Shown here one piece after another: positions 10,225 to 19,702 of a stretch of 36,496 nucleotides of DNA. Origin of the DNA: Alphaproteobacteria bacterium (lineage in GTDB: Bacteria; Pseudomonadota; Alphaproteobacteria; RF32; CAG-239); NCBI GenBank assembly GCA_017452885.1, contig JAFTLF010000025.1, positions 1 to 36,496 of the forward strand, read 5' to 3'. The position numbers and the translations under genes are program-made. Position 1 is the first letter of the stretch, and each line of letters begins with the position of its first letter. The notes below the pieces were generated by a model, which worked only from the letters and a program-made list of their open reading frames with translations, was not told the DNA's origin and did not search any database.

Positions 10225-10830
10225 TTATTTTATCATCGGATATTTGTCATCTTCTCGACCATTAGGCAATTCGTAATGCCACCATTCATGTGGCAAAGCT
10301 TTTAAGCCAATACTTTCCATTAAGCTTTTGAGTTCGCGCCGATTGTGTAGAGCCTCCTTTGAGGCATCTTCATAATCGTGCCGAGCTTTCTTCAGATATT
10401 CAAAAAAAGCTTCACTTTTCCCTTGCTGTACTTCAGTTGCATAATCAGGATCATAAGCATCAACTAAGGTAGGGTAGGTCAACTCATTTCCGTTTTCATC
10501 AGTTAAGCATACATCAACAGCGGTTGCTCGACAATGTGGAGATGTTGCCGGATTGATTGCAAAAAATCCCGGTTGAGGAATTACTTCTCGCAATTTTTCA
10601 TGAGCCAAAGGTGGGCGATAGGCATCAAATATTTTTAGCTTTCTTTTGTGTTCTTCCAACCACGGAATAAGCTGTTCTAACTTGTTCCACAGATCTTTAT
10701 GTACCAACGCCTTGTTTCCAAACCCGATTTCTTTATAAACAGGTTTTCCGGTCATATTCTGTTTGGTGTCTGCATACATAAGCTCAATGATAAAATTGTG
10801 GTTATTTATTTCTACAAGTTTTTCAGTCAT
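10225..10830 (-). CDS. ddpX: D-Ala-D-Ala dipeptidase (peptidase M15D, DdpX/VanX family)
   Basis: DAYRP, SPHCRATAVD (SxHxxxxAxD Zn motif), EWWHY; probable start MTEKL at 10830. Confidence 0.85.
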   Translation of the reverse strand: MTEKLVEINNHNFIIELMYADTKQNMTGKPVYKEIGFGNKALVHKDLWNKLEQLIPWLEEHKRKLKIFDAYRPPLAHEKLREVIPQPGFFAINPATSPHCRATAVDVCLTDENGNELTYPTLVDAYDPDYATEVQQGKSEAFFEYLKKARHDYEDASKEALHNRRELKSLMESIGLKALPHEWWHYELPNGREDDKYPMIK

Positions 10831-11698
10831 TTTTACAGCTTTCAATAAATGATTTGAAAATATTTTTTGATGATACATCTCCTTGTTTGCACAAGCGTTC
10901 AGGGTGCCATTGTACACCAAGAATAAATTTATGCCACCCTCCAATAGGCTCAATTGCTTCAACAATTCCATCTTCTGCACGAGCAACAATACGGTTATTA
11001 CCTGCTTTTTCAGCAATAACAGCTTCATTGTGAGATGAGTTGGTCATGATTTCTGTTTTGTTAGTAATATTTGATAATAAAGAATCATCGTCAATCAAAA
11101 CTTTATGTACAATCAATTCCCCATTTTGTTTATGTGATTTTTCCGGTGGCAAGTTGATATTAATTCCTTTTTGCATTTTGGCTCCAAAATATCCGGCTAT
11201 CATTTGCATTCCCCCACAAATACCAAGTAGCGGTAATTTATGTGCTTTTGCATAGTCAAGCATTGTCAAATACGCCAATCCTCGTTTATCAACATCTTCT
11301 GCAACATCTGTATCGTACCATGCTGCCGGAGAATTGAAAACTCCGCCAATCAAAAAAATTCCATCCGGTTGTATCATATCTAATTGTTCAGCTATTTTGT
11401 CATAGACAATAAAATAAGGTGTTCCGCCGGCATCAATAATCGATTTTACATAATCTGGATGCAGAGAATAATCCTTTTCAATTCGGTCAGGATGTTTTTC
11501 CTGTCCCCATATCATGGCTATTTTAGGGGCATTTTCAAATGCGCCATCTAACATCATTAGCGGAATTTTTCCGGTCGCAAAGACTGCGTTTACTTCATCA
11601 GCAGTTAAATAATAGCTTTCAAAATCGTCATTGTTATATACAATTTGACGAGGTTTCAATGTTTCACTTATAGAGTTTTGGTAACAATTCTTCGACAT
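10823..11698 (-). CDS. Peptidase C26 / gamma-glutamyl-GABA hydrolase (PuuD-like) family
   Basis: Class I GATase elements GICGGMQ (Cys) and GVQWHPE; probable start MSKNC at 11698. Confidence 0.88.
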   Translation of the reverse strand: MSKNCYQNSISETLKPRQIVYNNDDFESYYLTADEVNAVFATGKIPLMMLDGAFENAPKIAMIWGQEKHPDRIEKDYSLHPDYVKSIIDAGGTPYFIVYDKIAEQLDMIQPDGIFLIGGVFNSPAAWYDTDVAEDVDKRGLAYLTMLDYAKAHKLPLLGICGGMQMIAGYFGAKMQKGININLPPEKSHKQNGELIVHKVLIDDDSLLSNITNKTEIMTNSSHNEAVIAEKAGNNRIVARAEDGIVEAIEPIGGWHKFILGVQWHPERLCKQGDVSSKNIFKSFIESCKND

Positions 11699-13397
11699 TT
11701 TTTTTCCTGATTTTTGCACGGTTAACTTTTTCAAAAACTTTAAGAAATTGCTCGGTATTCCAATCGGCATCTTTATTAGCATACAGCGCTTCATTAAGTT
11801 TTTCTAATTCACAACTTAAAGCTTGAGAGGCAACTATATCTTCAACATCATTAAGGCTGAAAATTTTTGCTTCCGGATAACGATTTTTCGCCCACAACAA
11901 AATGGCATCGCGTAATTTGCGCAAGTCTTTATTTTTCGCCGCAGAGCGTATTTCATGCAATGGATTTATTTTGTTATTTTGAGCAAAATTTTTATTCGTT
12001 CCTAAAACTTTCATTATTATATAACTGAGCAAAATTCCTAAAATAAACGCAGTAGCAACCAATAAATAAATTTTATTTTGCGGCAAAGATTCAACGACTT
12101 CAGTTTGTTCCACTGTTTCCTCTTGTTGGGGGGCAACAACTTCTGGAATAATCTTTTGAGCCGTCGTAGAGCCGTTGACAAAGATTTTCTGCTCGGGAAT
12201 GCGTGCAGTTTCCATTTTGTTAGTTTTAATATTAAACCATGGCACAATGATAGCCGGTAAGGTTATTTCACCACTTTTTTCAGGAATATATACATTAGCT
12301 GTTTTTTGAGTTGAAATTACTTTTCCGTCTTGTACTTTCATCATAGTTTCAGGTTTTTCCGGATATTGTTTAATGCCGCCAGCTTGAGTAAATTTTATTT
12401 CCGGCAACTGAGCATCTATAACTCCGGCTGCCTGCAAATAAATTGTCCTTGTAACCGCTTCACCAATCTTAAAATTAGGTTTGCTTGGTTCAAATTCAGC
12501 GTATAGCTTTACATCTTGTGCCGGTAGCCACCAGCCGTTATTTGAGGCAATTGCCGGTTTAACTTCAATTTCAAACGGTTTCGTGCTAAGAAATATCGGA
12601 TTCTTCGTGGCAAAAACATCTGCCATTCCAAAGCCGGCAAGAAAAACATCATCATCAAAGAAGCGTCCGAAAGGATCATGACGGGTGTCTTTGGTTAAGT
12701 AAAAACCGCGAAATTTTGCCGCCGGAACAGTCATTTTTCCACTCTTTTGCGGAAACATCGCATATTTAAATACCAATTCTCGAATTGTTTGCCCGTTAAT
12801 AACTTGCGAATTAACAATCGGTGCACCAAGACTTTTTATAATCCAGTCATTATTATCGCTCATCTCAAAATAAGGTTCTTCTCCTTGCAATCCACCTCTA
12901 TCTATTAACTTAAGCGTGTAAATAATTTGTTCTTGTACATAAGGAGTTTTGTTGTCAATTTGCCCTCTCATTGAAAATTTATTAATTTGTGTAGCTTTGC
13001 CGTTTTTCTCATCTGGAATATTAAGTTCACTGCCAGCTTTACTGACTTCAATAGTAATTGGTTGCGACTCAAAATTATCAAGTTTTATTGCCGGCAAAAG
13101 CAAATTGCCGGCTTTATTCGGCATAAGCACCAAATTCCATTGCTGTGACATGTCTGCCTTGCCGTTGACAATATTGGTGCGGTAAGAATGAGATATGGAA
13201 TATGTATGAAAATCTTTATCCAAAACACTCAAATCAGGAGTGTTATCTGTTTGAGCATTTTTCAATTCCAGAGTAAGCAAAAAAGTTTCTCCCTCCGGAA
13301 TTTTGTTGCGATTGACTGTTGCGTCAAAAGTTTGTGACCAAACTTGATTACTCCACAAAAAAACAAGTCCGGCTACTGTCAGAACCAATTTTTTCAT
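11664..13397 (-). CDS. BatD family protein
   Basis: Signal peptide, beta-rich repeats (ATVNRNKIPEGETF, PYVQEQIIY, IGEAVTRTI, WLPAQDV), C-terminal TM; follows VWA genes. Confidence 0.85.
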   Translation of the reverse strand: MKKLVLTVAGLVFLWSNQVWSQTFDATVNRNKIPEGETFLLTLELKNAQTDNTPDLSVLDKDFHTYSISHSYRTNIVNGKADMSQQWNLVLMPNKAGNLLLPAIKLDNFESQPITIEVSKAGSELNIPDEKNGKATQINKFSMRGQIDNKTPYVQEQIIYTLKLIDRGGLQGEEPYFEMSDNNDWIIKSLGAPIVNSQVINGQTIRELVFKYAMFPQKSGKMTVPAAKFRGFYLTKDTRHDPFGRFFDDDVFLAGFGMADVFATKNPIFLSTKPFEIEVKPAIASNNGWWLPAQDVKLYAEFEPSKPNFKIGEAVTRTIYLQAAGVIDAQLPEIKFTQAGGIKQYPEKPETMMKVQDGKVISTQKTANVYIPEKSGEITLPAIIVPWFNIKTNKMETARIPEQKIFVNGSTTAQKIIPEVVAPQQEETVEQTEVVESLPQNKIYLLVATAFILGILLSYIIMKVLGTNKNFAQNNKINPLHEIRSAAKNKDLRKLRDAILLWAKNRYPEAKIFSLNDVEDIVASQALSCELEKLNEALYANKDADWNTEQFLKVFEKVNRAKIRKKNVEELLPKLYK

Positions 13398-15130
13398 TGT
13401 TTTTTCTCCTGATTTTCATCATATCTGTTGCGACGATATTCTTGCGCAATAAATGCGCGTAACAATCCCCCCGGATCTTCGGGAATTTCTCGCAATTGCT
13501 GGGCGCGAGCCTGAATCTTTTCATCATACTCTTCATCTTCTTGTCCTTGCTGTTGAACAGCGCCGCCTCTTTGTTCGGATTGTTGTTCTTGTTCAGAAGC
13601 TTTATCTAATTCTTGCGGCGATTGTTGATTGGCCTCAGAAGATTGCTTATCCTGATTATCTTGTTCTTGTTGCTCGGTGATATTGCTGTCAGATTTGCCT
13701 TTTCTGTTATTGTTGTCATTTTTTTGTTGTTGCTGTTCATCGTTTTGTTGTTCGCTGGACGTTTGGCTTTTCTGATCCTGATTTTTTTGATCTTCTTGTC
13801 CCTGATTTTGTGGTTGATTTTTTTGTTGCTCTTGTTTTTGTTTCTGTTGTTGCTGTTCTTGTTGTTTTTTGAGGTAGTCAAGATTGAATTTTGCATCTTC
13901 ATGTTGCGGATTCATCTTAAGTACTTCCTCATATTTAGCAATTGCTTCTTTTATTTTTCCGCCTTTAGCCAAAGCATTTCCCTGATTATATAATGCTGTT
14001 TGATCAGAGCTCTTGGTAAATTCGGCATAAGCTTTGTCATAATCTCCCATACGGTAATAACTGGAACCTTTCCATTGAGCTTCTTCAAATGTTTTAGCTG
14101 CTGTAACATAATCTTGCTTATTAAAAGCTTTAAGCGCATCCTGATTTGCATTAAAAAAGAAGCTCGCATGTGCTGATGTTCCAAACATTCCGACCCAAAC
14201 AATCACTAAAATTCCTCGTCGGAAAAAATACAAACAACAGAGCAAAGGAATAATCAGCAAGTACCAACCATAATCTAACCAAACCGATTGCCAATTGCGT
14301 CCTTCCGTCAGTTCGTTTTGTTGAGCAATTATTTTTTGAGCCAAAGGCATAATATCGCTGTCATTGTATTGTAAAACAGAATATGTACCGCCGCCTGCCT
14401 GTGCTATCATGGCAAGTTTTTCTGATTCTTTTGCAGATGTACTTATGACATTTAATTTATAACCGAGATTATTTGCTTTTTTAGCCGCATCCATTGCTTG
14501 TTCAAAGTTTTGTCCAACATCCGGAGCCAAAACAATAATTTCTCCATTTTGATATTGCGCACCACGAAAACGTTCAACAGCCAAACCGATTGCACGATCA
14601 AGTCTGTCACCATTAAGCGGCATTATATTGTAATCTATTACCGACAATAAATTTGTTAAAACTTTCATGTCATCAGTTAGCGGAGAGATAACAAACGGCT
14701 CACCGGAATAAACCTCTAATCCGACTTGTGTTCCGCCAAGCATTTGCAACAAGTCTTTAATCTTATATTTAGCCCGCTCCAAACGGCTTGGTGTTAAGTC
14801 ATTAATCTTCATGTCGCTTGACATATTGAGCAAAATCATAGTGGGATTTTTTGTTTCTAATGTTGGTAATTCCACTTTTTGCCAACTTGGTCCTGTTGCG
14901 GCAATAATCGCCGTAATAAATCCGATAAAAGCAATCAAGCTTAAAAAACGTCGTTGAGAAGAGGATCCGCGTATTAGTAAAAAATTTAATAATCTGGCAT
15001 CAACAATTTTTTGCCACGAAGACTGTAACACTTGTCCTCTAAAGCTACGAACAAATCCGATTAGCGGCAAAAAAAGAAGTAATAACCACCAAGGGCGCAA
15101 AAAATGAAAATTTGTTATAAATTCTTCCAT
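13394..15130 (-). CDS. BatB/BatC-like fusion: VWA + TPR + Gln-rich tail
   Basis: FHFLRPWWLL start, GPSW, degenerate VWA (NMSSDM), PSRLERAK, TPR YNQGNALAK...DAKFNL, Q/E/N-rich linker, IPEDPGGLLR end. Confidence 0.88.
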   Translation of the reverse strand: MEEFITNFHFLRPWWLLLLFLPLIGFVRSFRGQVLQSSWQKIVDARLLNFLLIRGSSSQRRFLSLIAFIGFITAIIAATGPSWQKVELPTLETKNPTMILLNMSSDMKINDLTPSRLERAKYKIKDLLQMLGGTQVGLEVYSGEPFVISPLTDDMKVLTNLLSVIDYNIMPLNGDRLDRAIGLAVERFRGAQYQNGEIIVLAPDVGQNFEQAMDAAKKANNLGYKLNVISTSAKESEKLAMIAQAGGGTYSVLQYNDSDIMPLAQKIIAQQNELTEGRNWQSVWLDYGWYLLIIPLLCCLYFFRRGILVIVWVGMFGTSAHASFFFNANQDALKAFNKQDYVTAAKTFEEAQWKGSSYYRMGDYDKAYAEFTKSSDQTALYNQGNALAKGGKIKEAIAKYEEVLKMNPQHEDAKFNLDYLKKQQEQQQQKQKQEQQKNQPQNQGQEDQKNQDQKSQTSSEQQNDEQQQQKNDNNNRKGKSDSNITEQQEQDNQDKQSSEANQQSPQELDKASEQEQQSEQRGGAVQQQGQEDEEYDEKIQARAQQLREIPEDPGGLLRAFIAQEYRRNRYDENQEKKQ

Positions 15131-16125
15131 TATTCAGCCCTCCGTAAAGCAAAAGCAAGCGCTAATCCCGATAAAATGGCTGCTAACAAAGGAATATAAT
15201 ACAATTCCTTGGTTTCGCGTAAAAAACGGTCTTGATTTTGCGAAGCCTCCAATTGATTAATAATATTATAAACTTGTTGTAAATCCTGAGTATTTCCTGC
15301 TCTGAAATACTGTCCTTTGGTTGCTTGCGCAATAGCATTTAAGCCTTTTTCATCAATTCCGTGAGCATAACCCAACATGGCATTAAAAAACAAATTCTGA
15401 GAACCTACACCGATTGTATAAGTCTTAATCCCTTCATCTGCCGCCAATTTGACAGCTTGAGGCAAAGAAATGCTGCCATCGTTATTTTCGCCGTCGGTTA
15501 ACAAAATGATGATTTTATTTTTGATGTTTTTATTGTTATTCAGATTTTTAAGAGCCAATCCTAGCGCATCCCCGATACTGGTTGAGTCTCCGGCCATTCC
15601 TGCTTGCATTGACCATAATATTTCTTCAACTGCATTCTTGTCATAAGTAAGAGGTGCCTGTAAGTATGCTCTGGTACCAAATAAAATAAGCCCGATACGA
15701 TCATTGGCACGTTTTTTTATAAAATCAGAAGCGGTTTTTTTGACAGCAGTTAAGCGGTCGATTCGTTGGTTGCCAAGAGCAAAGTCGCGTCCCAGCATGG
15801 ATGTTGATATATCCAACACAAGCATAATATCGCGACTTTCATTGTTTGCGCGCACGGGTTCTCCAAGCCATTGCGGGCGAGCCAGCGCAAAAACCAATAA
15901 AAACCAAACCAGATATAACATCCAAAAGAAACGAGAGTAACCGCTACTGTTTTCAGAGCTTATGTTCCACAAAGAACCGGATTTAATTGATATTTTTTCC
16001 AAATCATTGATAAAAGGTATCTTAAGTGCATCTCCATGCAAACCTTTAAGCGCCGGCAATAAATGTCGAACAATAAAAGGCAACGGCAAAAGTAAAAACA
16101 TCAGCGGATAAGCAAATTGGCTCAT
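15130..16125 (-). CDS. BatA-like VWA-domain membrane protein
   Basis: FAYP start, ALARPQW, intact MIDAS DISTSM, DRIGLILFG, LLTDGENN; probable start MSQFAY at 16125. Confidence 0.9.
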   Translation of the reverse strand: MSQFAYPLMFLLLPLPFIVRHLLPALKGLHGDALKIPFINDLEKISIKSGSLWNISSENSSGYSRFFWMLYLVWFLLVFALARPQWLGEPVRANNESRDIMLVLDISTSMLGRDFALGNQRIDRLTAVKKTASDFIKKRANDRIGLILFGTRAYLQAPLTYDKNAVEEILWSMQAGMAGDSTSIGDALGLALKNLNNNKNIKNKIIILLTDGENNDGSISLPQAVKLAADEGIKTYTIGVGSQNLFFNAMLGYAHGIDEKGLNAIAQATKGQYFRAGNTQDLQQVYNIINQLEASQNQDRFLRETKELYYIPLLAAILSGLALAFALRRAE

Positions 16126-16574
16126 AAATTTTCTCCTATCCATTGCTGACAAAATTGCCGCAGACGAATAACATCAGCAGAAGAAAAAGGTGCATCTTTT
16201 TCGGCAATATAGGGTGCATTTATCAAAAGTTCTGCCGTTCTTTTATCGAGTTTATTTTTGCTTTTACTATTGAGAAACTCAATCCATTCTTGCCCAAACA
16301 AAATTGCCGCGGACGGATATTTGAAAACGCATATACGACGCAAAATTAAAGACATCTGTACTGCGGCATCCAATGTATTATTACAATATATGCCTTTTAA
16401 CAGATGCAAAGCATAAAGCTTTTTAGATTTTTTGCGCAAATAAGAAAACATCCATATTGCCGACAAAACACTAAGTACGATGGCAACAAGAACCCACCAA
16501 CCATAAGCCGGAGGCCAAGCAGATACGCCTTCGGGCAAATGAATGTCCCGCAATTCGGGCAGGGTGTCGTTCAT
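16122..16574 (-). CDS. DUF4381 family protein
   Basis: LRDIHLPEGVSAWPPAYGWW signature; probable start MNDTL at 16574 after AAGGAG. Confidence 0.88.
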   Translation of the reverse strand: MNDTLPELRDIHLPEGVSAWPPAYGWWVLVAIVLSVLSAIWMFSYLRKKSKKLYALHLLKGIYCNNTLDAAVQMSLILRRICVFKYPSAAILFGQEWIEFLNSKSKNKLDKRTAELLINAPYIAEKDAPFSSADVIRLRQFCQQWIGENL

Positions 16575-16709
16575 AGCTGTTTTCTCCTTAATTACAATAT
16601 CTTCAAATTTAAGGTTTTCTAATGCAAATATCAAGCTCTGTTTATGCTTTTAAAGAGTTTTTCACGATACTTAGAAGGAGAATTCCATATGTTGATTGGA
16701 TAATTAGCG

Positions 16710-16744
16710 AAAAAAAGCCCGAAATCACAAAGGGATTTCAGGCT
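16710..16744 (-). terminator. Intrinsic terminator of the 94-aa gene
   Basis: Minus-strand RNA AGCCUGAAAUC-loop-GAUUUCGGGCU followed by a U run, about 10 nt after the stop. Confidence 0.8.
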
Positions 16745-16754
16745 AAAAAGTTTT

Positions 16755-17039
16755 TTACTTTTTGGGAGTAATTTTTGTTCTGCTTAGCGGGTGAAGAGAT
16801 GGATAAAACTGCTCATTGTTTATTAACATTCGTGTTCTGCCGTCAACCTCTTGAATGATTGTTATCTTTGATCCTTTTTTGGGACGTTTCACTCCATAGA
16901 ACCATGTCTTGGGCAGTTCCATGATCGTTTCACATTTTTTATTCCCAAAATACAAAGTATACAACTCATTAGATACTAAACATTTTCTCACATAAGCTGA
17001 GCGAATAAGCGCCGCTGATTTTTTGTTTCCTCCTGCCAT
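16755..17039 (-). CDS. Small basic hypothetical protein
   Basis: 94 aa ORF filling the gap between two same-strand terminators; no family recognised. Confidence 0.6.
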   Translation of the reverse strand: MAGGNKKSAALIRSAYVRKCLVSNELYTLYFGNKKCETIMELPKTWFYGVKRPKKGSKITIIQEVDGRTRMLINNEQFYPSLHPLSRTKITPKK

Positions 17040-17119
17040 GATAATTTATCGTTTATATGTAATTTATATTATGTCTATGATATGATACCTAATTTGGACA
17101 AAAAATCAAGTTTTTTTGC

Positions 17120-17182
17120 AAAAAAAACACCCCACATATAAATTAATCTGTTTATTGACGTTAATTTTAGTGCGAGGTGTGT
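17120..17182 (-). terminator. Long hairpin terminator after tyrS
   Basis: Minus-strand ACACCUCGCA pairs with UGUGGGGUGU (two G-U pairs), with an inner AAAUUAA/UUAAUUU stem and a U run; the wobble pairs work only on the minus strand. Confidence 0.75.
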
Positions 17183-17194
17183 TTTTATAAATGC

Positions 17195-18442
17195 TTATTT
17201 TTTTAGCAAACCATGTTTCTTCTTGCCTTGAGAAAGCTTAACTTGGCCATCAATAAAATCAGCGGCACTAATGATACGATTTTCATCACAAACCGTCTGA
17301 TTGTTAATTTTTAATCCGCCTTGTTTTATTAAGCGGCGAGCTTCACCTTTGCTGGCAACAAAACCAAGTTGAAGAAAAGCATCTAAAACTCCTATATCAC
17401 CGGAAATACGAACACTTGGCAGATCACCACCTGCGGTTCCTTGTTCAAACAGGCTTACGGCAGTATCTTGAGCGGCTTTTGCTTCGGTTTCTCCTCGACA
17501 TATTTTGGTTGCTTCAAAAGCCAGAATTTTCTTAGCTTCATTAATTTCTTGATCTTTTAGGGATTCTAATCGACGAATCTCATCAATCGGCAAATCAGTG
17601 AAAATACGCAAACATTTTCCGACTTCTGCATCACCAATATTACGGAAATATTGATAATAGTCATAGGCAGGTAATTTGTCATCATTAATCCATACGGCAT
17701 TGCCTTCTGATTTTCCCATTTTTTTGCCGGCAGAGTCGGTAATAATCGGGCTGGTAAAACCAAATAATTCAACATCATGTCTGCGTCTTCCCAACTCAGT
17801 ACCAGAAGTAATATTTCCCCATTGGTCAGAACCGGCAATTTGTGCGCGACAACCATATTTAAGGTACAGCTCGCAAAAATCATAGCCCTGCAACAGCATA
17901 TAGTTAAATTCAAGAAAAGACATTGGTTGTTCGCGTTCAAGACGTGTTTTGACGCTGTCCATTGTCAACATTCTGTTAACTGTATAATAAGTGCCTACAT
18001 CGCGCAAAAAACCAAGATAATTAATATCTTTAAACCAATCCCAGTTATCAACCATAACTGCGTCGGTGGCACCATCGCCGAATTTTAGAAATTTAGAAAA
18101 AGATTTTTTCAATCCCTTAACATTATGTTCCAAAACTTCTTCGCTCAAAAACGGGCGCAACTTATCTTTGCCGGATGGGTCACCGATACGTGCAGTAGCC
18201 CCGCCGACCAAAGTCAAAGGTTTGTGACCGCATTTTTGGAACCAACGCATCATCATAAGCGGTACAATGTGCCCGACATGCAAGCTGTCACCGGTAGGAT
18301 CAGAACCCAGATAACCTACAGCGGGTTTGCCTTCTTTTTCACATTGATAGAGATAGGTGTCAAAACCATCTTCATTTGTGCATTGATTATAGAAACCCCT
18401 TTCCGTCATGATATTCATGAACTGTGACTTAAACTGGCTCAT
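17195..18442 (-). CDS. tyrS: Tyrosine-tRNA ligase
   Basis: DPTGDSLHVGH (HIGH), GSDQWGNI, KMGKS, C-terminal S4 domain. Confidence 0.97.
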   Translation of the reverse strand: MSQFKSQFMNIMTERGFYNQCTNEDGFDTYLYQCEKEGKPAVGYLGSDPTGDSLHVGHIVPLMMMRWFQKCGHKPLTLVGGATARIGDPSGKDKLRPFLSEEVLEHNVKGLKKSFSKFLKFGDGATDAVMVDNWDWFKDINYLGFLRDVGTYYTVNRMLTMDSVKTRLEREQPMSFLEFNYMLLQGYDFCELYLKYGCRAQIAGSDQWGNITSGTELGRRRHDVELFGFTSPIITDSAGKKMGKSEGNAVWINDDKLPAYDYYQYFRNIGDAEVGKCLRIFTDLPIDEIRRLESLKDQEINEAKKILAFEATKICRGETEAKAAQDTAVSLFEQGTAGGDLPSVRISGDIGVLDAFLQLGFVASKGEARRLIKQGGLKINNQTVCDENRIISAADFIDGQVKLSQGKKKHGLLKK

Positions 18443-18539
18443 TTTTTCCTTTCCTTTTATTGTTTTCTAACGAATTTTTAACTTGCCTATATTAGCATAT
18501 AAAAACAACAATGCAAGCTTAGGAGAATATTTTTTTGCA

Positions 18540-19640
18540 ATGGAAGCCTTAAAAGCGCAAAATGCCCTTGGACTAATGAGTAACTCATCTTTACAGGGAG
18601 TGCGTGCAGCACTCATTCGTACGGATGGTATTGATGTTTTTGAAACTCAAAAGTCGTTGGAGTTTCCGTTTGATGAGGATTTGGCGGATGATTTACGCCG
18701 TATTCATAGGCATCCGGAGAATATTGCTACCGAAGAATTTGTTGCTGTTGAGCGTCGTTTTACTGATTTTAATTTTGAAATTATAAACGAAATCAAAAAT
18801 TCATTAAAAATACCTTTGGATATTATCGGTTTTCATGGTCATGTATTATATCATCGTCCGACAGAGGGACTTATTACTCAATTGGGTGATTCTCAATATC
18901 TGGCAAATAAATCGGGTATTCGTGTAGTAAGTCGTTTTCGTCATGCCGATATAGCCGCCGGCGGACAAGGCGCTCCGTTGTCGCCGATATACCACATGGC
19001 GTTATCGCAAAAGCTTGCTAAGCCGGTTGTTTTTCTGAATATTGACGGTTTAGTTTCTCTGACTTGGATTGGTGCTAATGGCGAAATTAAAGGATTTGAT
19101 GTTGGTGTTGGCCTGAATGCAGTTAATGATTGGGTATTCAAGCATGCCGGACAACAAACCGATTATAATGGCTCATTGGCAGCAATGGGGCAGGTAGACG
19201 GACACGTCTTGGCAGCATTAATGCGTCATAAATTTTTAGCTAAATACCCTCCCAAGGCTGCCGATAAATACACCTTTCTCGAAAAACTCGAAAATCTTGA
19301 GGGGTTGTCATTGGCAGACGGGGCGGCCACGGCAACGTCGTTTATTGCTGAAGAAATAGCTTATTCCATGGCTTTATATCTTGCAGAGATGCCCTCTGTT
19401 GTGGTTGTTTGCGGTGAGGGAGCCTCTAATCCGACGCTATTGCGTTTTTTGCGCCAAAAATTAATCGGTTGTGATGTCCAAGTTTCCGAATATTACGATA
19501 TAGATTCTCAAGGTGTAGAAGCGCAGGCTTTTGCATATTTAGCGGTACGTCGCCTTAATTTTATGCCGACATCATATCCGTTTACTACCGGTGTTTCTGA
19601 GCCGATAATTGGTGGCGAGATTTTCAATCCTGAAATATAG
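18540..19640 (+). CDS. anmK: Anhydro-N-acetylmuramic acid kinase homologue with divergent active site
   Basis: GLMS, IGFHG, GGQGAPL, EAQAFAYLA retained; divergent from tyrS; probable ATG at 18540. Confidence 0.85.
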   Translation: MEALKAQNALGLMSNSSLQGVRAALIRTDGIDVFETQKSLEFPFDEDLADDLRRIHRHPENIATEEFVAVERRFTDFNFEIINEIKNSLKIPLDIIGFHGHVLYHRPTEGLITQLGDSQYLANKSGIRVVSRFRHADIAAGGQGAPLSPIYHMALSQKLAKPVVFLNIDGLVSLTWIGANGEIKGFDVGVGLNAVNDWVFKHAGQQTDYNGSLAAMGQVDGHVLAALMRHKFLAKYPPKAADKYTFLEKLENLEGLSLADGAATATSFIAEEIAYSMALYLAEMPSVVVVCGEGASNPTLLRFLRQKLIGCDVQVSEYYDIDSQGVEAQAFAYLAVRRLNFMPTSYPFTTGVSEPIIGGEIFNPEI

Positions 19641-19702
19641 TTGATTTTTGTCCAAAATTCATATATGCTATTCCTTGTGTTGTTACTATAAAAGGAAGGC
19701 AG

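Noticed and set aside
10225-10830. VanX as a vancomycin-resistance gene
   Set aside because: No vanH/A/R/S nearby; Gram-negative context; fits housekeeping DdpX.
10831-11794. Long overlaps implied by ORF-track starts (ddpX 11028, C26 11794; similarly secB, anmK, HAD, flagellin)
   Set aside because: These are longest-ORF artefacts; downstream ATGs with better RBS or family-typical N-termini fit better.
13500-13870. Repetitive TGT/TTG-rich tract as a possible repeat array or CRISPR; antisense 126-aa hydrophobic ORF
   Set aside because: It encodes the Gln/Glu/Asn-rich linker of the BatB/C fusion. There is no fixed repeat-spacer period, and the antisense ORF is its mirror image.
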